From Bugula neritina (lineage: Eukaryota; Animalia; Bryozoa), in NCBI GenBank assembly GCA_964035545.1, contig OZ037766.1:20820767-20884766 (forward strand): a stretch of 64,000 bases of DNA, read 5' to 3'. Shown one piece after another: positions 1-13,300 of this stretch. Each line of letters starts with the position of its first letter. The first letter of the stretch is position 1. Made by a program: the position numbers and the translations under genes. The notes beneath the pieces are model-generated. The model worked only from the letters and a program-made list of their open reading frames with translations, searched no databases and was not told the DNA's origin.

Positions 1-577
1 GCTTTTACTGTCGCAACGTATTACAGCTTTAAATTCCAGTAGAACCATGCAAGTAGACACATGATATTATGATTGTTGGAGTAGATCTATCTGTTAACAT
101 AAATGGAAAGTCTATCAATATAACGTCTTGCATTATGGTCATAGAGTTATCTTCTTTATCTGATTAAGAAGGTGATGCAAATAATAATAGTTTCTGATGA
201 GGGAGGCAGATCTAATTTTCAAGTTTAAGTCAACTTCTCATAATTTCAGTTTAGTCACAAATAATGCTTCTGCAACATACCTAAACTAAACCAGCACACA
301 ACCATGAAACAAAAGATGACAAAGCACACCAATTATCTGCTAACATATTCAGTTATTATTCAGATAATATATATTCAGTTATTATGGAATTAAATTAGCT
401 GCCAATATTTTATACAAAGCTGCCAGTGAGCCTATTATTGAGACAAATCACAAATCTATAGCAGTTTGCTTTGAATCTGAGCCTGTACGTAGCCATGAGA
501 AATTATATTTTAAACATTTTTCAACATGCAGTGTAATATTAAAGTAACTTTAGTAACAGTATTATGCACAGAAATTG

Positions 578-775
578 GGGAGCAGCTGTAGTTTAGTAGT
601 TAAAGCATTGGCTTAGTAAACGCAAGGTGACTGGCTCGAATCCCAGTAAAGGCCATTCATGTTATGAAAAGCCTCAACGCTCAAAACACCTTTGCCACAA
701 CAGAAAACAGGTCTTTAGCCTGCTTATAAATAAACTGTTCCATCAGGGTTTTTCAGGCGACTTTATATCATGTAC
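578..775 (+). mobile_element. tRNA-derived SINE, degenerate
   Basis: tRNA-like head (gggagcagctgtagtttagtagttaa ... ggctcgaatccc B-box-like) followed by a body resembling the copies at 2059-2267 and 28082-28290. Confidence 0.7.
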
Positions 776-1386
776 ATAAATTATCAAGTCAGAAGTTGAA
801 ATATAAAATGATGTTACGAAGTGATTGCGCTATATTTATTTCAATAATTCTGGTTTGCATAGCTCCTTTAGTGTATAATAGGCAAACACGTGACCATAGT
901 TCATTATACATAAACTGTTACAGTATGCATATTGCCATCTTATTCAAATTATTTTCAAATATTCCCATATTAGGCTCATTACAGCAAAAAACTAAGTCTA
1001 TTATTTTAACCATAAACTATTACACAGCCCTATCATTAAATTTAATATAATACATTAATGTTGTACGTTTGTCAAAATTGCCTTCTTAGTAACATCTCAG
1101 TATAATAATCAGTAAAACTAACTAAATTAGTTTGCATATTACTAAACTATTAGGCAACTGGATATAATCAGGAGGACACAACTTGAAAAGATGTAGCATA
1201 TTAAAACTTCAATTAGTAAATGACACAAAATAAAATTGATAAAATAATAATTCTCAGTATTTATCTAAAATAAATGTATGGAACGAGGAAATATGTATAA
1301 GAGATCCAACTGATTGTATTGCGAGTAGAAAAGCTATAGTACGACTAATACACTAGGTAAGTGAGTGAGTCACCAGCTGAAATGAG

Positions 1387-4300
1387 TCATATCTGTCCAC
1401 AAAGTATTTTAGATTTGTGTTCGTCAAATAGGGATTGCATACTATCTCTGTCGAGATTAGCATCTAGTATCTAAAACGGTACAGTAACATTACTTAAAAA
1501 GTTATAATATAATGCAGTCATAGTTAAATTTATTTAATGTGACTATATATAAGAAAAAATACTCTTTTATTAATCTTTTGGTATATGAATTTGCAATCAC
1601 AGTGATGCCTGCAGTCACATCAATAAAATATTGACAAATATTTTCAGATTTTCTGTTCTGACCATGCTGAGGTATAACAAAGGTTATATTACAACCAACC
1701 TTCTTAGTTGGTTATTATAGCTTATAGCATTTGAGGAATATGAAGACTCACCAGAACAGGGGCAGGGACTGGATATTTCTTTTCTATTAGCCAAGATTCA
1801 TGGAACCTGTGTAAATCCTCTATCAGAGACTAAAACAGAGAAAACAAGTGTTTGGTGACTAAGTAACAAATATATAGTGAAGTATATATGTAATTCAAAC
1901 TCAAGACTACAAATCTATACAAGATATGGGACAGTTAGAATTTGCACCTAAACCTATGTAGATATTGCACATTGGCCACTTGAAGAAAGAGCATGATAAA
2001 TATAGAAAAGAGCTGTAGCATTTCTCATATAGTAGATGATAAAGACATTTGAAAATAAAAAAACTCACGCAAGTTTATAGTCGCTATCCCTGTGAGAAAC
2101 CCCTGATAGAAAGGGTTTTTGTTAAAGCGCGCTAAGGACTTATTTAAATGAGGCACAGGAGCAATTATGACTGTATGCTCTTCCTAACATGACCAATGGC
2201 CTTTGTCAGGGCTCGAACCCATGGCCTTCGTGTTTACTAGGCTAACCCCTAGACCACGGCCGCTCCCTAAAGACATTTGAAAATAAGTGTAATTAATAAA
2301 CTAAGTCAGACTTGGATAATTCCATACTTTCTTAAACTTGAAACTCAAACAAAAGGAACAGTATCTGGAGTGACAAAAAGAAAGATGAGACAACTCACAA
2401 TCGGTACCGACGCCTCCTCACGTCTGTGTCTCTGTCGCAATCTCTCATAACACTTCACAGGCTCAGCTTTTAAATACACTGCAGGAAAAAAAATTTCAAC
2501 TAAAATATCAGTAGCAGACAACTTGACTAAATAGACTTTTTGTGAGAATCCAGTAATTTCGGCACTACTAATCATTTGATATATACAAAATTTGCCAGGT
2601 TCAGCAATACTGTGAGATATACTATTCATGAGGAAGTATAATAAGCTACATTATATACCAGAAAAATTGCATAGAAGAAGATACTCAATAGATTTGCAAA
2701 GATTAGGACAATGCCCATGCGAAAACAATTTAAAAATATTACATTATCTCATATGAAAAATGCTACATATATAGAATGCAGATTATTATGAAACTACAGG
2801 CATAGAGCTTTTAAAACAACCTCCTAACACATTACACTATCCTACCTATCAAGTCAATGGGTAGATGCTCATGCTTGACAAGATAGTTAAACCATCTAGT
2901 TAAAATTTCATACTCCATTTCATGCAAGTCTCCACTTTGGTATGAATTCTCTACAAAGCAGTATCTTGTGCTGTGGAGGGATCGCTCGAGTAAAACCACA
3001 GACTTGTTCTAGAAAAAGGGCATGGAAACACTAACAGCATTAACAGTCAATCAACACTTTTCTTTTATGCTGAGTATATTTTGCAAATATATTTTAGCTT
3101 TCCTACAGTAAGTTAAATCAATAGATACTACAGGATGTAGATGCCAAAGTAAAATATAGAGATGGGGTAACGGGGGCACAACGGTCATAGGGGTACAAAA
3201 AGCCGGCCAAATTGTGAGAGAACTTATTGACTTAGGGTTGTGATTTTTTTTCATAAAAAGGTATTGACATAAATATTCAGCCATTGTAGTTTCAACACTT
3301 GCGGAACATACATGTTGAAAAGGCGAGTGAAAAACTGTTTTTACCTACTTTTTGTAAAAATTTTAAGATGTCGTTAAAACTTTATAACTTTTTACACTCA
3401 AAGGCAACAAGCCTAGATTTTACTGATATTGTTGCCATTGCTTGTCTCTACATTGCTTAACTAGTATAACAGCAAGCTCTAAAATAAATTTTCCTTGAGG
3501 CACAATTATGTTCAATTTGGCCATCCGGGGCACAATGGGCCAAGCTGACCGGGGCACAATGGGCCACCTGATTATTGTACCCTGATCACTGTTATTAGTT
3601 TGTTTGCCCAAAAAGTTAGTTGAAATGTTACTAAAACCTATAGATATAGCCATTTCTGACCTTTTTGTAAAATATCAAAGACATCATGCTGGTAAGACTT
3701 CAAAACTACAAGGTGAAGCTCCCCTAATATATACATCTTGTGAGGTTAAAGCTGTGCTATTTTATACATAATACAAAACACTCTGCTGTTGCTACTAGTA
3801 GATAGTCATGATGCTCATTATACGTTATATCATTCAGGGAATATACATGTATTTGACTAAAATAAATTGTGATTTGCTCATTCCCTCCCCGCCTCTCCTT
3901 TCCGCACTTCAGCCACAAACCGAAGCCATGCACCTTAGCTACAGTTCATAGAAAAAAGTCCACTCAAAATTTTGTAGCACATGTTACTATAAAGTTTTTT
4001 TTCTGATGAAAGTTTTTCTGAAGTGTTAATAAAAAACATTTTTAGTTCTAAACAGTGATGGTAATGGCACCGTAGAACCGAATGATGTGCGTTTGATTTT
4101 GCCTTCCTCTGCTATCCGTGGTGGCACAAACTGTACAGCTAAAACATGAATTTTGCTTTAGATTTGAAAGAATATGTTTATTTATTTGTAATATTAAACA
4201 ACTAAAAATCAGATGCAACAAAATCTGCAAAGTTTCAATATATTTGTTGTGTCCCACCCAGTGGGCCATTGTACCCCGGTACCGGGGCACAATGGGCCGA

Positions 4301-7300
4301 TTTTTTCGTCATGAAAATTTCATTATTCTGAAAGTTGTGAGAGAGATAGAAACAACAAACTGATACCTGTATTAGACAACAGATGCAGCATTAAGACTAG
4401 AGATTATTGAACTAGTAACTTGAAAAACAGATGAATGAGAGCAAAAAATGCAAAATTCGGCCCGTTGTGCCACGTTACCCCTATAGCCATAAAGTCCCTC
4501 TGCCTGCTAATGCTGGACACAATGGAAACCATAAAGTAACAGGACTCACAGTTTTTGTTTCATGCGTTTGACATCTGGTTAGGGAGGCATATTTGTTGAA
4601 TGAAAATGACCAACGACTCGCATCCATATACAAGTTACCCTAAAATACAGCAATATAGGATTCATTACCAGAAATTGTACCAAAACACAAGAGTAGAAGA
4701 AAATACAAACACTTGAGCATAAGAAAACATTTAAAATCGAATATATAATTAATCGACAGTTATTAATCCTCTAAACACCTTTCAGCTTAAATTTTTTTAA
4801 ATTTGATCATGTTAATAGGAGATAACAAAATTTTATTTAAGAGTGCTTTCGGATCCCCTAAACATATACTACTGGACCTAACTGAAACAGACAAGAAAAC
4901 ACAAAAAATAAATTAAAGATATCCTTTCGAATTCTGACAATACTGCTTTGAACAGTTAATGGAAAAGTTGATACGCTACCAATAGGTGTTTTACATAAAC
5001 GCCATAATGTATCTGCTCAAGACCCAGTCACATAACTATAATTAAAAAATTCAATATTAGATATTAGTTATACATTTATAGGATTATTTATTTAATTTTG
5101 TGTCTACTCGTTGCTTTTTAATTTGTGATACAAGGCTGTGCATTTGTTTAAATAAATGACATTACATGACAAAACTAGTTACAGAAAATTTATTGGTAAA
5201 TAAAATTGATCAATGAATAAATTCATAAAAGTCAACAGAATTTTAATTATTAAAGTTTTGCTTAATTTCCCTTTTTTTGTAATTATTTAGCTAATTTAGA
5301 TTTGTGGACCGTCACGGTGTTTTCGTGACAGTTCGCAATTTAAATTAGCTAAATAAATAGAAAAACAGATGGGAAATCAAGCAAAATTTAAAAGAACCTT
5401 GATTATTTAGTTGTATTTATTAATATGCTGTTACTTTTGGGCAAAAACCCATATACATTATCAGCTAAATTATTAAAAATAGCCAAGAACTGGAGATTTG
5501 GAGTGTGTACCAAATTAAGTAAAGTGAACCTTATCGAACTGCCTTAAAGTGACCGATTAATGCTGATAGATGTGGCAGCCTGTAGGTTGGCCAACATGTA
5601 TTTTGGGTGGGTATCACATATTGCTTTTACATTTTCTTTTAAAATTGCTCATTTTTTCATATTGAAGAGGATGCTTTTCAAACACTGCAATATCTATGGT
5701 GCCATCATTAAAAAATTTATATTTGTTCAACTGATGGTCAAGACATCTAGATGATGTGTTGGAAGATTATTCCTGTCTGCAGCAACTATTTCTTTCAGGC
5801 TACTAGAAGCTATGCTTATCGAAATTCCAAATTATTGTATTGTAATTGCATGTTATTATTATCATCAATTATTTGATCTATACGAGTTGTGAAAATCTTT
5901 AACTACTGAGTGCTACTTAAAGCTGCTGTATCTACACAAGTATGGGGAAGCTGCTAAACATTTCTGCTCTCAAGTTAGGACATAAGTATATGGACTGAAG
6001 TTGAATTCATCAATCATAGTTACAACATGGAACGATCTGCAATAGGTGGCGCTAGTGACACGACATTTCGAACATTACAGAGAAACGTGGTAGAAATGAA
6101 ATAATTACTGTTGCTAAAATTCTATTGACGATGACGATTGACAATGACGATGGACGAAAAATCACAATCGGCGATAAGTACCATTTGATTGGTCAATAGG
6201 ATTTTAGCAACAGTAATTATTTCATTTTTACCACATTTCTCTATTTGACAATTTTCTGCTGTTTGTACCTCGTGCAAGACTCATTCACAGACTATTTATT
6301 ATGTGTTTTGTCCGACAGGTGTGTGGCTGGTCAAAACAAGAGGATAACTCACGAAAATCGTCACACGATTTCGTGTGATTCTCACGATCGTGAGGCCAGG
6401 CCTTTAGCCATAGCAAGTGTTCAATTTGTCTTGAAAGTTGAAAATAGTTTTACTTTGGATTAAATTAGTTTTAGTTTGAATTTAGCATTCAGCAGCATAA
6501 TCTTATTGAATTTTAGTTTGATATTGGTATTATATTTTATTATTTATAGAAGAGCGACAGTTGAAAACTGATAATTATTATTAATAATAGTAATAGTAGT
6601 AATATAAATTAAATACATTTTTCTATAATTTTTATATAATAACCACAATCATAATACCGATTTTATTTCTGCAAGAATTGAACTCAAACTTGAAACTGTA
6701 AACTTAAAGCTATAGCATCAAGTATAAATATAAAATAGAATTATGCGCTGAACTTTTCAAAAGTAGGACTAACTTGAAGTTTAAAGCTTATTTGCTAGCT
6801 GCTCTAAAGCCTTTGAAATGCGCTCTATATTTTATTTTCAGCTTTTCTTCTTGGTACTTGGAGAGCCTGCGTCTTGATTTTTTCTCTAGTGTCCATGATT
6901 CTAGTTTTTCACTTGAACAGAATCAATGACCCCCATTGGATTTACATTGCCGTCTTTGTAAAAAGCTTCTTGACATTGAGAAGCATATTGGAAACTGCTC
7001 TGGAAAGATTGTAAAATTAGAGGTATACATATATAAATGTAATCTTGATTTGAGTCAATAAAAATTTGTATTACTTTGAAATTATTGGAATATGTTCTTA
7101 CTGGATTATTGCCTGACTTTTGATTGTGAGTCAAGGCCTGTTTGTACTTTCTCTTGATATAATTGAATCAATTTTTGACAGCAATTGGAGTACATCTAAA
7201 ATCATAATAGTTATAGTTTCAGAGTGAAGCTTTCAAGAATATGTAGAAACATAATAAAATAAGTCATAGGGTTATACTTTTCTTCCAAGTGAGCAGCCAT

Positions 7301-10300
7301 ATTCTTAAAAAAACTTTTGACTTTTCGACATTGTTTTTGGCCGTCATTTGCTGTTTGCCATACTGCTGCCACTACCACAGCAGCTTGTTGGTGTCTCCAA
7401 CAGTAAACTGTAAAAATCACAGTATTTTTTAATTATATTTTGTACATAACTTGTAACTGTAATGGTTGTGATAACAAGTTTGCTTACCTCACTTGTATCT
7501 TCACCTGGCTTTTCTTTAGAACCACTGAAAGAGATACGAAGATGGATAAGAGTGATACATTTCTTAGCTCTTGTTTATAATTTGTGTGATGCAAACAAGG
7601 TAATTTTTATTTCCTACCTCTACCTTGACTTCCAGATGAAGTTCCACATAATCTCCACGACATGTTTACGGAAGCTTCAATGTTCTGTAGTTTTTGGTAA
7701 CTGTAACAAAATTCGAGCAATGCCTGATATTGGTTATGTAGTTATAGGATTATTTATTTAATCTGATTCAATACTGGATGAGACTGGGTATTTTTGCTTA
7801 GAAAAATTAACATCACGTTACATAATTTTCAAGTTTGTTTGAAGCTGCAGATAATTTAATAAAACAAGAATAAAAATGAATGAAATTAAACATCAAAAGT
7901 TTAACTAAATATTAATTGCTAAAAATATAATCACACCTCTTTTTTCAGCAGCATTTGTGAAGTTCAAAGCATAGTAACTTTCCTCGGCCAATGTAGGCTG
8001 AACAGCTTTTATGTCTCCATGCTCAATACAAATGTTATGAAGACAGCAGCAGACAGCTATTATTTTATTTGCCAATCCTATGTTAGTTTTCAGATTAGAA
8101 AGTCTAAGCCAACGACTTTTTAGGTCTCCAAAACTTCTTTATTTCACCATTCTTGCCAAAGAATGTGTTTTGTTGTAGTATTTTTTAACCGGTAAGCCCT
8201 CTGGATTTATGTACAGCACCATCATGCTCTCATTCAGCCCGTATGTAGAATCGCTTATGGCAAGAAACTGCCTTGAAGCTAGCCTGGATCTATGAAAAAT
8301 ATGGCTGTCATGGCATCTTGCCAACTGCCCAACATTCATATATACAAATTTTTTGTTGCGATTACATAATACTGTCAGATTTATTCTAGTATTACATCTT
8401 CTAGTAAAGAAGTCTATTATTTCTCTTTGAGGTATAAGCACTTCAATCATGGTTCCATCTATGGCTCCCACAACATTTGGGAACTTGCATTTGTAAAAGA
8501 TCTGGGTACTTTTTTTAATTCATTTACACCTTCTAGCCTTTTTATGATGTTAGAAAGATTCTTCAGAACTACACCAACTAGAACTTCTAGACTACTGTAA
8601 GCAGTGTTCATTGAAAGGCCAGTGATGTCATCCTATAAATATTGGAGTCCGAGTGTTATTATTATTTGAATTATTGTATTTGAATAAATATTCTAACTTG
8701 TGAGCTATAAGATGTTTAATGTAATAGAATTACCTAAAGCTACTGTCACTGCCTAAGTACCATAGAGCTACAAGGCACTTTTGCTGGCTAGTTAGACCAT
8801 GGCTGTACGGAGCAAGCCTGAATTCGTTCATCATTTCCACATGGTCAAGTGCATCTGCAAAGTTCACCACATTTCAGCATCAACATCTATGCACATCATA
8901 TTTGTTGTTATGCAACTTACATTTAGTGATTACACAATGCTGTTTTGATTATTGTATAGTGTTATTATTGCTAGCATGATTAATATTATCAAGTGAAATA
9001 GTGCGACTGACTGAAATATGAAACACACTAACCTCTTTCCATTCTAAAATGACTGAAGAACTTTTTGTTGTCCATAGCTGTTATAACTTATAAAATCAAA
9101 ATATTGCCTGCTCTTGAGCAGGTGTCTTGGGATAGTTGTCATGTGTTCATCATCATCAGATGAAGAGCTACTACTGCTGCTTTCAAGAGATTCCAATACC
9201 AGTGGAAGTAATTGCTTCAGCTGGTCTGTTGCTTCTTCAGAGTTTAAGCTTGAAAAATGTTGGGACATTTGAATATAGACTTGCTTTCTCTTTATTTCTG
9301 AACACGGACACCGTAGTGCTCATATTACTAGTAGTCTTTGGCCAACACCTATTACAGTATACATTTATTTATTTCATATCTAAAATTTTTTTATGCTATA
9401 TGTAATACGATAACTGGAAAAAATGTCTTTAAAACATTTAATTTGAAAGAAAAAACTGATAACATGAACATGGGTCAATATACTTACGTTGCTTCTTCTC
9501 CATTATCTTAAAAAGTTGAAAGTAACTTAGAAATTTGTGGTATTGCTTCATTAAAAATCAACTTATAAACTAATATAACATATACATAATGAGAATAGTT
9601 GATAATATTCGTGGTTAAATTTATACTATGGTAAGTTATTGCTACTTACAGTTGCTTGAGGCCTCCATAGTTTTGAGTTAGATGAATACGATAGTGACTA
9701 ATTGATGCCTTGCTCGGAGAAAGATGCTGGCGTATTCGTTTGCAGCAGGCGTTGCTAGTGTACACAGAGAAATGCTAAAACATTATTTATTGCGTCGCTA
9801 ATGTAGTTAAAAAATCTTAGTAGATGCTATTGGTTACTAAGGGTAATATTTTAATCGGCGCATTCGGTAACCACGAGTACCCTGGGTACGCGTAGGGGTA
9901 ACTACCTATTGTATCGCTTACACTCGTTTACAAAAATGACGCAATGTCAGAGTAAAATTACTGTAATTGCTTGAATAATTTCGCCCATGCGTGGTGGTTA
10001 CCGAATGGTCATCGAGTAGGGCCTACAGTTACCCCTACGCAAATCCGAAAGCGCCCTTAAATTCTGATTGGCTACTATTCGTTTCTCAAAACTTATAGTT
10101 GTTGATGTGTACGGCAACCATCGTAACTACATAATTACTGTTTCATTCCATTTTAGTAGCGCCTACAGTCAGCCCTACAAGTAGGGAACCCAAAAGCACT
10201 CCGACTGATTATTGATTGCATGTAACAGGTTGACACAAAAAGCTGAAGTGAGTAATACACATACTATATACACATACTATATAATGTACATACCAAAGCA

Positions 10301-13300
10301 TTGTGGCCCTTGAGATTTGTCCATTTATCAATTGGTTCTGGAATAGCCTCCACACAGTCATACCTTTCAAAGTATTGCATGAGTGATGTCTTTCCACTAC
10401 CAATATTGCCTTCCACTGATACCTTTTAACAACATATCAGGTTAAACATATCCTTAACCGAATTAGCTATACTGTTTTGTTCTTGCAAACCTATTTTTAC
10501 AATGTCAAATAAATTTCACCTCTACAAAGAAAACTACTTAAACTAGAAGAAATATATTTTCAATGAAATATTCTGCACTCCAAAATTCAGCTACTTGAGT
10601 GATCCTGTTATTTGAATTAAAAGTCTATAACCCACAAGTTGTTTGTAATAATTGCTTTCTGGAAAGCAAATAGTATATACTGCAATTTTTAATTTCCTTT
10701 TTTATAAGCAGGAGATAGACAGCAACTATCAAGAGGTAGTCATATGAAATTATGTGGAAAAAATGTTACTTTACTATAAAATTACTCACAAATTTTGGTA
10801 TAAATCAATTCAAGTTAACAAGAGTTACTCCAGCTATGCTGCATAGTAATCTCACTTGTTAAATCTAACATAGAAAAATTTTTTGCTTAAAGATCATGAA
10901 ATAGATTTATTAAGCGAAAAAGCACCATCAGCTGTGATACCGAAGACATAAACCACAATTGATATTGCTAGCTGGAAATCTGTAAGACTTACAAAAAAAG
11001 GTCTGTGAGGCGGATTAAGATGTGAGCTGCCAGACGGCGATGCAGCTGAGAATTTCACACCTACAGAAAACACTACATCAATCAAGACTATAATAAAGCT
11101 GTAAAAAAATGCATGATTAAATATTCAAGAATTTAGAAAATATGCATATTTAGAAGAAATAATAGGAAATGTTTCTTATTTATAAAAAGTTTTCACTTTT
11201 CAATTTACCTGAATCTCTAATAATGAAATACTGTGCTGAAAATTGTTTAAGTGAAGCATGCAACATTAAAATAACAAGCACTACAAACTGAATTCATTTA
11301 TAAACTTGATGATCTGAACACCATTTGACCAATTTGAATTATGGAAGAGTCGAAACCCTTAATAAATATCCAATTTAATTGTTTCATATTAGAGAAAAAT
11401 TAACCTAGCTAACCAAATGTTCACTAACTATTGTATATTAGGAATATCATCATTAGCTTTTTTATGTTTATTGCTGCGGTATAAATAGGAAAAATGTTTT
11501 TTTAGATATAGTAACATTTCACCTGGCTCAAGCTACTTGTAATCAGTCAAGGCATATGAAATTAACATCACTATAGACTTTTCATTCTAGCTAGCGTTGG
11601 CAATACCTGAATCTGTGGATATTTGAGAATTGTTACCAATATCCCTTAGGGGAGACAACCAAGGCATCTTTCTCAACTTGAGAGCAGAACACTTGCCAAC
11701 CCAGCTAGAAATTTTAGTAGCGATGGGCCTGTTTAGCCAACCAATTTTGGGAATGTAAAACAGGGAATACCTAGAAACAAGAAACAAAATGGTGTATCTA
11801 GTTAACAGTATCGTTATGCAGAAGCACAACTTGTAATTAAAAAAAAATTGATTCACTCTGATATCTCAACACGCCTTTGAATAATCAAAATCGATTTGAG
11901 CTGAACTGAACACAGCTTACAAAAATGGACAGTGCTTAATGCATATTATGTGAAAATGAATTTACATCTGTCTTGTTCACATTCACTATTCAATGAATGC
12001 ATTTAGTTACACTCTATTTTTAAAAAAATATAGACGATGATGAAGCCGAAACCTAGTTTAGTTAGATTCATGTGGAACTTGAACTATTTAGAATCTAGAT
12101 TTATCAATAAATCAATGCATCATACATTTAATACTATCAACTATACTAATAATCTTTACTATGCATATAACAATAAAGCTACTGTGAACAAGTAGTATAT
12201 TTATAATTTATTTATATTTATGCAACGAATAATAATCTACTGGCAAGCAAATTTTGTTATGTAGCATGCATAAAACAATCATTACTGCTTTGCTAGCAAT
12301 ACATACCAAGCTTCAACATTACAGTTCTTCAACTGGACTACAGTGGACTTTGCTCACCATGTGCTTAAAAACCTAATTGAATTTATACACTTTAAAGTGG
12401 TCTAATTTGAAACCATTTTTCTATTATTCAAATTTATTATGCAATTCTTCTAGTTCTTATAAGTTGGAACTTACAGAGCACAATTTGAATTTTATTTGTA
12501 ATTGATTGTTCAATTGTACTGGCTTCTAACTTTACTCAAGTAAATGATAGAGGACACTTGTACAATTATGCAAACTTAGTTTGCATATTAGTTCCCAATT
12601 TACGCCAAAAGATACACTGAAATATATAACTGAATTGCAATTTTATTGAGGCTATGTTTTTGTCCCATTTAAAACTGCTACGTAAAACTTAGGCTGTGCT
12701 ATTAAATACAATCCTTCTCAATTTAAAAGTTGAGTGATCTGATCAGTATAACCAGAATGAAAATTGTTAGGCCTACGTTTATAAGTAATTACAATTCCAC
12801 TACAGCACGTCTTATTCTTACTCTAAGCCAGGCTTTTTTTTGTTTTTGTTTTTTTTGTTTTTATCATCTAGCTTTGTAATATTTATAATATATTGCATTG
12901 TTATAATTGTATTATTTTGTTATATTTATTACTTATGCAAACTGACACTATTGTCATGTTTTTATAGCTTGGTAAGGTTATCAAATACCTCAACCTTATG
13001 TTGAGTTTATTACAAATATTATAAATACCCTATACTTTGTCACAGGAATAACATATTTTTTATAAAAGCTGACGAAGAATAAAAGAAGTAGTTGGAAGAA
13101 TAAAATATGATGATATAAATAAAATTTTAATTAATAAATTAATTTTAAAATAAAAATATATTTAGATTAAATTTAATGTGAATATTTATAACATAATTAT
13201 TGATAAAATAACTAATGCAAATGGCATTACACTTACAGTTACACTGATAACTCATTAGCCTAAGACATTAGTGTAAAGCTTAGCCATTAGCCTTAGGGCA

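Larger units (their letters stand above)
4841..10201 (-). mobile_element. Decayed two-gene PIF/Harbinger transposon filling most of the kinase intron 4640-10293
   Basis: TIR GAGTGCTTTCGGATCCCCTA at 4841 (preceded by TAA) matches the reverse complement of 10182-10201 at 17/20. Contains nuclease and Myb/SANT-like pseudogenes plus nested MITEs. Confidence 0.75.

Noticed and set aside
578-650. tRNA genes here and at 2200-2267 and 28082-28150
   Set aside because: The cloverleaf is broken and each continues into a shared SINE body.
12030-12060. Hammerhead-like gatgatgaagccgaaac
   Set aside because: Lacks the CUGANGA core and flanking helices.
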